Shown here: piece by piece, positions 1-7,183 of the stretch
Layout of the letters: each line of letters opens with the position of its first letter
How positions within the stretch are numbered: the stretch's first letter is position 1
Source: a virus
Lineage: Duplodnaviria > Heunggongvirae > Uroviricota > Caudoviricetes
Strand: one strand, 5' to 3'
DNA length: 12,348 nt
Virus record (IMG/VR): IMGVR_UViG_2671180921_000029
Coordinates: 1 to 12,348 of that record
The notes under the pieces: generated by a model
The model's input: the letters and a program-made list of their open reading frames with translations, nothing else
The model's database searches: none
Told to the model about the DNA's origin: nothing
Made by a program: the position numbers and the translations under genes

Positions 1-1020
1 CTACTTACTGACCACAAGCGGCAAATCCAGTGTTGGCGTGATTTTGGTTTTACGATCGTAAATCAACACCTGATTTTCTGTTTTGTGTCCACTGAAAATT
101 TGTTTGTCGCGACTGCTGCCTTCGTAATCTGAAATCCCTTTGGCTTTTATGTCATGGAAGTTGCACCCAAACGGAACGCCGGCTTTTTGCTCGGCTGCAC
201 GTTTAGCCTGATTCCACCAGTTGTTCAGCGTCTTGGCTATTACCTTCCCGCCTTTGGTTGTGTTGATCACATATTCGCATGTGCCGGAAGATACATTTCG
301 GGCTAACTGGATCGCCGTACGTAATCGTGGAGACCATTCCTTGATTTGTTTGGTGCCGGTCTTGTTTTGCTCAATGTAAATCCCTTTGTCCATAATATCC
401 TGCCATTTCAGCTCGAGCACATCACCGAGCCTTGCCGCACAGAGATAGGATATCTCCATTGCAATACGTAACTGTGGAATTGCTTCCGCATATATCGCAG
501 CATACTGTTCATCGGTGATGTAAACAGTACGGGCTTTAAGCGTGAATTTTCTGACTCCTTTGCATGGATTATTTTGCACATACCCACGCTCATATCCCCA
601 TCCGTATACGCGACTCAGACTTGCCAGTTCATGGTTTGCCTGGGTCTTGCTCTCAAGACCCCGCTTATCCATGAAAATTCTTACCTGCTCAATTTTTACA
701 TTATCAGCAAGCATTTTCCCGAATACCGCCAGTAATGCCCTTTGATGTTGCCGATAATCTTTTTGGGTTCGGGGGGCCAGTTCTGTAAATGCAGGGGAGT
801 CCATAAACATGTGCCATAATTTAGCTACGGTCATTATGTCGTGGAGTTTTGCCTTTTCCAGTTCATAATTTTGCCAGACTTTAGCCACGCTGGTTTCCCG
901 CACTCTTCCGAGCTTTATCGTTCTTGTGCTTCCTTTGGGCTTCCATACGTAACTGTAACCATTCGATCTAACGCGCGGTGGCAGTACATTATCTTTTTTG
1001 TCTTTTCTTGGTCTTCCCAT
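1..1020 (-). CDS. int: Phage tyrosine integrase (339 aa); window begins at its stop codon, so attL lies outside the window to the left
   Basis: Long ORF at the prophage edge. C-terminal region has the tyrosine-recombinase pattern (ARLGDV..., HDIKAKG..., GHKTENQVLIYDRK with terminal catalytic Tyr candidate). Overlapped at its 5' end by a small basic xis-like ORF, as in lambda. Confidence 0.85.
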   Translation of the reverse strand: MGRPRKDKKDNVLPPRVRSNGYSYVWKPKGSTRTIKLGRVRETSVAKVWQNYELEKAKLHDIMTVAKLWHMFMDSPAFTELAPRTQKDYRQHQRALLAVFGKMLADNVKIEQVRIFMDKRGLESKTQANHELASLSRVYGWGYERGYVQNNPCKGVRKFTLKARTVYITDEQYAAIYAEAIPQLRIAMEISYLCAARLGDVLELKWQDIMDKGIYIEQNKTGTKQIKEWSPRLRTAIQLARNVSSGTCEYVINTTKGGKVIAKTLNNWWNQAKRAAEQKAGVPFGCNFHDIKAKGISDYEGSSRDKQIFSGHKTENQVLIYDRKTKITPTLDLPLVVSK

Positions 1021-1240
1021 TATTCAGTGCCTCAAAATCGGGGTCAGCAGAAACCAGTTCAGATACTTTTGACATTGCTGTTAGTCCACGTGGAATATCA
1101 CAGCGTAGAACTATCGGCTCGTTTTTAGGCCCGATTAAAAATGGGATGCCGTGCAGTCTTAACTGGTGTTGCTGTCTTGTGTATCGCTTGTATTTCGTGA
1201 TCTCTTGAATCTCTGCTGGCGATAGAGTTAATTCATACAT
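989..1240 (-). CDS. xis: Excisionase-like small DNA-binding protein (83 aa), overlapping the int start by 32 nt
   Basis: Position directly upstream of and overlapping int. Starts MYELTL (lambda Xis starts MYLTL) and ends in a basic tail (GKTKKRQKR). No clear SD upstream, so the exact start is uncertain. Confidence 0.6.
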   Translation of the reverse strand: MYELTLSPAEIQEITKYKRYTRQQHQLRLHGIPFLIGPKNEPIVLRCDIPRGLTAMSKVSELVSADPDFEALNNGKTKKRQKR

Positions 1241-1306
1241 GTGGTCACGTGCCTTACAGCATGACCGCCGCCAATATAATTCGGAGGCGGCGATCAGGGT
1301 TGAACA

Positions 1307-3787
1307 TTAAAAATCAGCCTGACTCGGGATCATTTTTTGTATCGTGGCTGTAACGTATTTTGCCTGGTGACGGGCGTCATCCAGTGCATTGTGGCGCACG
1401 CCTTCGAATGGAATAAAGGTTCTGGCATCAAAGTCGATTGTTTTTCCCAGCTCAACGATTGTGCGTACATCGCGATCGTTGTGGTAGCGCCACGGGCAGG
1501 GGATGTCCAGACGTTCGTATGAGGTGCGCAAAATTGCGTTATCGAAAGTTGCACCATTACCCCATACCTGAACGAATTTTTCATCTGAGTATTCGTTGAT
1601 GAACTCCCGAAACCGCGAAAGGGCATCCTTCAGTTTTACCTGGTCTGTTAAAATGGCAGCTCTGGCTTCACTGGACTGCTTCAGCCACCATTCGATGGTT
1701 CCACCGTCAGGAACAGCCCCTGTATTCATTGCGTCAGTCAGACTGATAACGATATAAAATACTGGCCCGATTTCCCCTGTTTGTGGGTCGAAGAAAACCG
1801 CACCAATAACCACGATGGGCGCATTGGTGTTGGTTCCCATTGTTTCAAGGTCGATCATCAGGTGGTACCACACTCTGCTGGTGGATGTGATAACGTGATG
1901 ACCGTTCACCGCAATTAAGGGAGCTGCCGTCTCGCCAGTTTCATTATCGCTGGCGTGGTCCTGAGCGCTGCCAGCATTCTCCTTGTGTGGATGTTCAGCG
2001 CCTTCCATTTCCTCCGGATCATTTTCCTGAACTTCAACCTGATTCTCTTCATCGAATGTTTCCTGGTATGTTGCGTCGCCCATCACGGCGCCACAATCAG
2101 GGCAGTTGCCGCCACCGCTCTGACCGCAGGCGGTGCAGACTTTTTCCGCTTCCTGTTGCGCTACTGGCTCAGGTTGTTTCGTTTCTGGCTCGTTTTGTAA
2201 CGCATTTTGGCTGTTTTGTTCCGCTTTCTGGTCGTTCTGTTCCGTTTCTTGCTGGTTCTGATTCACTGAATCGCGGGTTTCAATCCCCTTCACCCATTTC
2301 GGATCATTCGGGTCGCTAATCCCTGCAACAAATTCACCACGTGATGCGGCGAGCAACTGATTGGCGTCAGGCTGGCTGATATTGGCTGCCTGCATAATTT
2401 TCTTTACTTCGTCAGCGGTAACTTTTACCGGTTCTGGTTGTTCAGAATTTTGTGCGGTATTTGCATTTTGCGGTAAGCCTGTGTATGTGCCATTTTTTCG
2501 GGCAAAATATTCTTCTTTTGTGATTTCAGTAGCCCCTGCAGTCAGCGCCTTATTCAGACCAGAAAGTTTGTTTGCGCGACCGTATTTTTCGCCATCCTTG
2601 TCGGTGAAGAGGAAGTAGAACGGCCCCTCACGCTCTACAGATGGTTCGATTTCCACTTTGCATTCGGTTTTTTCGTTGTCCGGAATTGCCGTTTCCACTG
2701 CATCAGTTTCTGGTACTGGCGATGAGAGAGTATCAGTTGCGCTCTGATTTGTTCCTTCATCTTCAAACACGCCCTTTGTAGTCAGGTATTCAGTAATGTA
2801 TTTGTTCAGTGCCACAGGGTCTTTGTGAATGTCGATCGGACGTTCACGGACAAGGCCAAAAATAGTCTGGCGGTCGTAGCGAAGGGCATCAGGCTGTTTG
2901 CGCATTGATGCCGAGATACGCTTCCAGTCTTCACGGTCGTTGTCGATAACTTCATTTTTTGCCCAGCGATGGATGCTGCCGTCAATGTTTCCGGCATCCA
3001 CATCACCAGGCCAGAGAGCGTAGGCCAGTTCGTCATCCAGTGTTTTCCATGTCTGCTTGTATTCGCGATGAATGGCAGCAATGACCGGGCTGATTTTTCC
3101 TGTTGAATTTTCAGTGTGCTGTTGATTGGCTCTGGCGCGGGCGAGATCAACAACAGACGTGTATTTTCCGGTTTCCTTGCGTTCACCTTCGCGACGTTTT
3201 TTCCAGATGCGCATCTCTGCCTGAATTTCGGGCCATTTGGCACCTGGCTTACATTTATGCTTAACCCACCCGATGGCATGCAGCTTAAGCTCCGGATACA
3301 TGGCGTTAACTTCTGGCATTTTCATCAACGCTTCAACGATATGTCCGTCGAATGTTGCCATGTCTTCCTGCAACAGTTCCTGCGCACTAATCACCATATC
3401 AACGGTGATGTTTTCACATGTGTCGAACTTAACCATGACAGCGTTCTGTACTTCAGGGGCCAGCTTGTCAAAAGTGACGTTCATCGGATCTGATTCAGTC
3501 TCAACCGGGACAAAGGAAGCAGAGTCCTCATCCCAGCGGTTTTCCTGCATATATTCAGCATCCCAGGAATCGAGGGCAGGGCGGGGTATACCGGGTTTAT
3601 CCTCGCAAACAAGAAATTTATAAGCGCAGTCCTGAGCAGCCGGATATTGCTCCAGGAATTGCCAGGTAAATTTGGCACGGGCGCGGCGTTCGTCACCGGC
3701 TTCAATGGCAGTGGCTACAGCAATTGCACCTTCTTCCTTTATTGCCTGTTCGTCCGGAATGGCGGCGCAAATAAAGACTTTACTCAT
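1307..3787 (-). CDS. Large phage exonuclease (826 aa) with C-terminal DEDDh/DnaQ-like 3'-5' exonuclease domain; often annotated as exodeoxyribonuclease VIII-like in related prophages
   Basis: C-terminal ~187 aa (nt ~1310-1870) carries DEDDh motifs: MIDLETMG, WGNGATFDNAIL, HNALDDARHQ. Central acidic/Gln-rich low-complexity linker and a CxxC-(9)-CxxC zinc ribbon (CTACGQSGGGNCPDCG, nt ~2090-2130). Weak SD (GAGGT, 9-nt spacer) before the ATG at 3787. Confidence 0.8.
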   Translation of the reverse strand: MSKVFICAAIPDEQAIKEEGAIAVATAIEAGDERRARAKFTWQFLEQYPAAQDCAYKFLVCEDKPGIPRPALDSWDAEYMQENRWDEDSASFVPVETESDPMNVTFDKLAPEVQNAVMVKFDTCENITVDMVISAQELLQEDMATFDGHIVEALMKMPEVNAMYPELKLHAIGWVKHKCKPGAKWPEIQAEMRIWKKRREGERKETGKYTSVVDLARARANQQHTENSTGKISPVIAAIHREYKQTWKTLDDELAYALWPGDVDAGNIDGSIHRWAKNEVIDNDREDWKRISASMRKQPDALRYDRQTIFGLVRERPIDIHKDPVALNKYITEYLTTKGVFEDEGTNQSATDTLSSPVPETDAVETAIPDNEKTECKVEIEPSVEREGPFYFLFTDKDGEKYGRANKLSGLNKALTAGATEITKEEYFARKNGTYTGLPQNANTAQNSEQPEPVKVTADEVKKIMQAANISQPDANQLLAASRGEFVAGISDPNDPKWVKGIETRDSVNQNQQETEQNDQKAEQNSQNALQNEPETKQPEPVAQQEAEKVCTACGQSGGGNCPDCGAVMGDATYQETFDEENQVEVQENDPEEMEGAEHPHKENAGSAQDHASDNETGETAAPLIAVNGHHVITSTSRVWYHLMIDLETMGTNTNAPIVVIGAVFFDPQTGEIGPVFYIVISLTDAMNTGAVPDGGTIEWWLKQSSEARAAILTDQVKLKDALSRFREFINEYSDEKFVQVWGNGATFDNAILRTSYERLDIPCPWRYHNDRDVRTIVELGKTIDFDARTFIPFEGVRHNALDDARHQAKYVTATIQKMIPSQADF

Positions 3788-3910
3788 TTTGTTTTAACCT
3801 CATGACATATTTAAGGATGAACAAATCCCTGCCATTGCTGGCATATAAGAATCAAATCTGATGTATTCATTAAGCTGAATGTCGTATTGTGGCAGTTATT
3901 TTATTACTGC

Positions 3911-4132
3911 TCACCATGACTCTGCTTTTACAGGTAAACCATCACGACCAAGGAAGACTTTAATCATGGTTTCCTTAATACAGTGTTGTGTGGAAAAATC
4001 ACGAATATAGAGCCGTTGTTTTTTAATGTTGTTTACCGAAGCAATATATGTTCTTCCTTTATGAATAACATAATCACCGGGAGTCACGCACTGACGAGGA
4101 ATCTCATCAGTTCCGAAGTGATGAGCAATCAT
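3911..4132 (-). CDS. Hypothetical small protein (73 aa); start moved to the internal ATG at 4132
   Basis: ORF-track ORF 3911..4144. The ATG at 4130-4132 is preceded by a strong SD (aaATGGAGGTaattATG), whereas the upstream ATG at 4144 has none. No recognisable motif. Confidence 0.55.
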   Translation of the reverse strand: MIAHHFGTDEIPRQCVTPGDYVIHKGRTYIASVNNIKKQRLYIRDFSTQHCIKETMIKVFLGRDGLPVKAESW

Positions 4133-4697
4133 AATTACCTCCATTTTTACAAATGAACTTTGTTGATGCGGTGCCTGGTGCCTCCAGGTGACGTTAACCA
4201 GTTAACAATTAATGCCGGATACAGAGAATCCACCCATAACACTGTTTTTGGTTTTAACTGTTCCGCGTGCGCTTAGCCGCATTCACCGCATCACAAAATT
4301 CACTTTAAAAAGGGCGGCAGAGCAGTCACGGAGTAAAACTGATACCGCCAAACGCCACCAGAAAATTGATAACAGAGGGCGTTGTAGCGGGGTTGTCACT
4401 TAAGCGTATGGTCAACCTGACAACCCGGTGTCCTCAACGGGGAAGGAATAACCCCGCCATACTTACCGCCGCGCCATTTCGCGGAGTGCCACAACCGGAA
4501 GCGCACGGTCGACGAAAATTTAACGACAGGCTATCTATGAACCAGCAACCTCGCCGTGCGCTTTCGCGTTATGCTCTGACTTTTCAGAGAAATATCCTTT
4601 CAGTAAACTGTCAGTGCCGGATGCTCACCCGTGTCCGGCGCACGCACTCCACTTCACCCGTGGAGAACTCCTTAATTACCAACCCTCAGGAGGGTGA

Positions 4698-4931
4698 ATG
4701 TTAAAATCAACTCTTATTGCTAAATGCCTTTATCAAAATCGCATGGTAAGCAGCATTTCAATAGGCGAGTCTGCAGTTAAAAGTATTTTCGAAGAGTACT
4801 TTCCCGGGCATGATTTTAATAAATGGAATACCAAATTACCGCCAGCAGTTTCAACGCGTATTCTGAAAGCAACTGAAAGAGCAAGTACAATTCGCGTTAA
4901 CTATTTCATTAAAGATTTGTGGGATCTTTGA
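4698..4931 (+). CDS. Hypothetical protein (77 aa) on the strand opposite the leftward operon; 3' end overlaps the convergent gene at 4909..5316 by 23 nt
   Basis: Near-consensus SD (cAGGAGGgtgaATG). Sits in an AT-rich segment that differs by eye from the GC-rich flank to its left. No recognisable family. Confidence 0.5.
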   Translation: MLKSTLIAKCLYQNRMVSSISIGESAVKSIFEEYFPGHDFNKWNTKLPPAVSTRILKATERASTIRVNYFIKDLWDL

Positions 4932-5316
4932 TATCCACAGAGCCTAAAGTATGTGCATATGGATGTGCTATTGTGCGCCCTCGCAGATTTGCATCATTTT
5001 CTAAATTCACTGAACGAAACAGGGCATCAACAAGGCTCTGTACAATGCAAAGGCAATCGAAGACTGTCGCCGTTTCTGTTTTGATTGATGAAAGAACATG
5101 GCCATTCACGCAAACAGAAATTACCCGTTTATTAACATCGCTTTCCTGCTTTTGATTATCAGAACCATATAGCCCAGAAAAAGCATTGCGCACATTACGA
5201 ACCATATTATCGATGGTTTCTTTTTTGGTGTATGCCGGGTCAATTTTCACCAGACTATCACCGAGAGTCGTTGCAGCAATTGTCTGGATTTCTTTTGGTA
5301 AATCTTTAAATTCCAT
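4909..5316 (-). CDS. Hypothetical protein (135 aa)
   Basis: ORF with SD-like ACGAGG 7 nt before the ATG. AT-rich codon composition like its neighbours. No recognisable motif. Confidence 0.6.
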   Translation of the reverse strand: MEFKDLPKEIQTIAATTLGDSLVKIDPAYTKKETIDNMVRNVRNAFSGLYGSDNQKQESDVNKRVISVCVNGHVLSSIKTETATVFDCLCIVQSLVDALFRSVNLENDANLRGRTIAHPYAHTLGSVDIKDPTNL

Positions 5317-5338
5317 TATTAGCCTCGTTGGTTAGCTA

Positions 5339-5557
5339 TTAACGTGGGTATGTAATCATTCTGGCAATGCTTAATGCCGCTGCTTTTTCCAGATTGGTGA
5401 TATCCTGCTCCAGAGCGGACAGATTTTCAGCCTGCTTAGCCCTGGCTTCATTGGCCCATTTCAGATCCTGCGCTGCATTAATTTTCTGGCGCATCCACTC
5501 ATAAAGTTCATCATCGGTATAGTCTGGCGCGATGATGACGGGTTCTCGTTTCTGCAT
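5339..5557 (-). CDS. Hypothetical small protein (72 aa), probably helical
   Basis: Strong SD (CAAGGAGccgacATG). Stop lies 22 nt upstream of the next gene's start, suggesting co-transcription with 4909..5316. Confidence 0.6.
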   Translation of the reverse strand: MQKREPVIIAPDYTDDELYEWMRQKINAAQDLKWANEARAKQAENLSALEQDITNLEKAAALSIARMITYPR

Positions 5558-5649
5558 GTCGGCTCCTTGTGGTTAGCGTTGCCTGCTTTTAACCACGTCA
5601 GGCGAGGTGGTATCCTCTGAGGGATCTGTTACTCGAGAGGAAATTGGTT

Positions 5650-5850
5650 ATGAATACAATCAAGTTTTCTTGCCCAGAATGTGGCGGCGAAGTCTTTGAC
5701 ACATCCTTTAAACCGCATGGCTCTGACAGTTTCGCGGGAGCCATCTGCAAAAATTGTGGTCACCTTGTAACTGAAGATGAGTCCTCGCAGTTCGATGACG
5801 AAATCGTTGACAATATCTTCGGTGCACTCACCAGAGACTTTCTGAAGTAA
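5650..5850 (+). CDS. Small zinc-ribbon protein (66 aa; CPEC-x22-CKNC)
   Basis: Two CxxC pairs (KFSCPECGG ... AICKNCGH) typical of a zinc ribbon. GAGAGG SD 9 nt before the ATG at 5650 (the ORF track starts 6 nt earlier at a TTG). A perfect hairpin plus T-tract 46 nt downstream is oriented for this strand. Conflicts with the overlapping minus-strand ORF 5629..5985. Confidence 0.5.
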   Translation: MNTIKFSCPECGGEVFDTSFKPHGSDSFAGAICKNCGHLVTEDESSQFDDEIVDNIFGALTRDFLK

Positions 5851-5895
5851 AGGCGCATACCGCTTAGTTACCGCTCTGATAACTCTTACCTGTCC

Positions 5896-5941
5896 GGCAA
5901 TGGCGCTGATGTCAATATAAAGCGCCATTGCCGCTTCTTTG
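5896..5941 (+). terminator. Candidate rho-independent terminator: perfect 12-bp inverted repeat with 13-nt loop, followed by a T-rich tract
   Basis: GGCAATGGCGCT (5896-5907) pairs with AGCGCCATTGCC (5921-5932), followed by gCTTCTTTg. The T-tract is present only in the plus-strand orientation. Confidence 0.5.
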
Positions 5942-6159
5942 CCGATCCCGGGATGCCTTCCATTCTGATGTTTGACTTCGCCCACTGAGAAACCCTCTGT
6001 TTCCCCTTAACGCCGGGGTAGCGGAACAAAAACCTGCTGCATAGTTATTAAAGTTGAACCCTGCCGTCATGTTCTTACGCCTCGGGCTGGCTACTTAACC
6101 CCTGACCACTGCCGGGTAACTCGAAGTATTGCCCTGCGTTCTGTGGGGCGGGGTGGGTT

Positions 6160-6196
6160 GGTATTTTTAGTTTAATAAACATTAAACTTAAGTCAA
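6160..6196 (-). promoter_or_regulatory. PL-like leftward early promoter (-35 TTGACT, 16-nt spacer, -10 TAAACT read on the minus strand), an inverted copy of the PR-like element
   Basis: Plus 6191-6196 agtcaa and 6169-6174 agttta are the reverse complements of the TTGACT and TAAACT hexamers at 7184-7189 and 7208-7213. The surrounding ~30 bp is an inverted near-copy of 7175-7205. Confidence 0.4.
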
Positions 6197-6280
6197 GCAA
6201 AAACTAAACCGTGGGGCGTAACAAACACAACGCTTTTGGTAAAGTCGTTGCGGTTGTTATGTTTCTATTGGTAGTTAAAG

Positions 6281-6559
6281 TTAGGGAAACTGGCGTCTTG
6301 CGTGGATCACGTTTACTACTTCAACGCTTGATGTTGTTACGCGGTATAGAATTATATAGTTAGGGTGGGCCACAATCTCACGCAAGCCAGGTACTCTGTC
6401 GCTTGGTGGGTATAAATACGGATGTTCGGATAACGGCAGCACACAACCCCTTAATCGCTGCCATAAGCGTTCAGCCGCATCTATGTCGAAACGAGCAATA
6501 TAACTGGTTATATCATCTAGGTCGGTATCTGCGTTTTCAAGCCATAACACGGGTAACAT
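6281..6559 (-). CDS. parE2: ParE/RelE-family type II toxin (92 aa), ParE2-like
   Basis: Start moved to the internal ATG (MLPVLWLENADTDLDDITSYI...), giving the canonical 92-aa size. C-terminus LREIVAHPNYIILYRVTTSSVEVVNVIHARRQFP is typical of ParE/RelE. Start lies 1 nt after the upstream antitoxin stop. The sequence matches my recollection of E. coli O157 ParE2. Confidence 0.85.
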   Translation of the reverse strand: MLPVLWLENADTDLDDITSYIARFDIDAAERLWQRLRGCVLPLSEHPYLYPPSDRVPGLREIVAHPNYIILYRVTTSSVEVVNVIHARRQFP

Positions 6560-6560
6560 T

Positions 6561-6752
6561 TTACTGCTTGCTCCGTTCCTTGCGCATTCTAGCAAAGCGT
6601 TCTGCCATTCTGCGCTCAACTTCGTCATGGGGAATTGCTGGGCGCGGATCTGCAAGGCTCGTTGCTACTTTCGCACGCAGCCATTCGTTGTAACTGTTTT
6701 CTTGTTCAATGGTTTCAAATTCAGAAACCATTGGTGAAAGGGCTCTATTCAT
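6561..6752 (-). CDS. paaA2: PaaA2-type antitoxin (63 aa)
   Basis: Internal start MNRALSPMVSEFETIEQENSYNEWLRAKV... preceded by a strong SD (GGAGGaaacATG). Size and sequence match my recollection of PaaA2. Lies immediately upstream of the ParE toxin on the same strand. Confidence 0.85.
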   Translation of the reverse strand: MNRALSPMVSEFETIEQENSYNEWLRAKVATSLADPRPAIPHDEVERRMAERFARMRKERSKQ

Positions 6753-6772
6753 GTTTCCTCCGGTTTTATAAC

Positions 6773-7144
6773 TTAGGCGCGGCGGCATTTTTGCGCCGCA
6801 ATCCATCTCGCTATGAGATCTTCCATTGATTCTTTTTTCTGCTTTAACTCGCTGATTATCTGGCGTTGCTCATCCTCAGGGAAGGCTGAAAAAATCTGCA
6901 ATAATTCCAGTTGATTAGACGTTAACCCTGCATGTGGTGGAGAAATCTCCGGTTGTTCTGCGTATTCCGCATCCAGATACCCTTCCGGCATCCCGTATGT
7001 TTGCTCTATTCTTCTGGCAGCCTTTTCTCCAAACGAGGCCCTCCCACTCATTAGTTGAGATAGGTAGCTCTTCTCTTTGGGTGGCAGAGTTTTATCTTTA
7101 AACCACTCCTTGAGACGTAAACGGCGAATTTCTTTTTTCTGCAT
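6773..7144 (-). CDS. paaR2: PaaR2-type HTH transcriptional regulator (123 aa from the ATG at 7144), in the cI-repressor position
   Basis: XRE-type HTH-like segment (KSYLSQLMSGRASFGEKAARRIEQ). Divergent from a Cro-like gene and first gene of the paaA2-parE2 operon. Start ambiguous: ATG at 7144 (weak SD) or GTG at 7207, which would place the start inside the promoter/operator repeats. Confidence 0.75.
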   Translation of the reverse strand: MQKKEIRRLRLKEWFKDKTLPPKEKSYLSQLMSGRASFGEKAARRIEQTYGMPEGYLDAEYAEQPEISPPHAGLTSNQLELLQIFSAFPEDEQRQIISELKQKKESMEDLIARWIAAQKCRRA

Positions 7145-7183
7145 GTGGTAATTATCTTTAGTAATCACTAAACAAGCAAATAC

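Noticed and set aside
408-1208. ORFs overlapping the integrase/excisionase region (408..593, 542..745, 841..1128, 978..1208)
   Set aside because: Embedded in or antisense to the integrase and excisionase coding sequences, with no independent signals.
1330-3705. Plus- and minus-strand ORFs nested within the exonuclease gene (1330..1626, 1337..1522, 1955..2200, 1987..2319, 2361..2618, 2806..3279, 3116..3493, 3237..3623, 3481..3705)
   Set aside because: They lie antisense or out of frame inside a long ORF with clear exonuclease motifs. Translations are Arg/Ser/Cys-rich and low-complexity with no SD, so they are likely frame artefacts.
4212-4704. Plus-strand ORFs 4212..4403 and 4366..4704
   Set aside because: Arg/Pro-rich translations with no ribosome-binding site, coinciding with GC-rich hairpins. 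Treated as non-coding structured DNA (see finding).
4919-5155. Plus-strand ORF antisense within the 135-aa gene
   Set aside because: Completely inside the better-supported minus-strand gene and lacks an SD.
5629-5985. 118-aa minus-strand ORF overlapping the zinc-ribbon gene
   Set aside because: Not called as a feature because a perfect terminator-like hairpin lies inside it and the opposite frame encodes a canonical zinc ribbon. It remains a genuine alternative and is flagged in findings.
5986-6280. Possible tRNA or nutL-type boxA/boxB element in the ORF-free leader
   Set aside because: No cloverleaf with a GTTC-type T-arm was found. The hairpin CCCCTTAACGCCGGGG does not match the lambda boxB consensus and no clear boxA (CGCTCTTA) is present, so it was left unannotated.
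6403-6829. Plus-strand ORFs 6403..6693 and 6635..6829
   Set aside because: Antisense to the recognisable antitoxin and ParE toxin genes.
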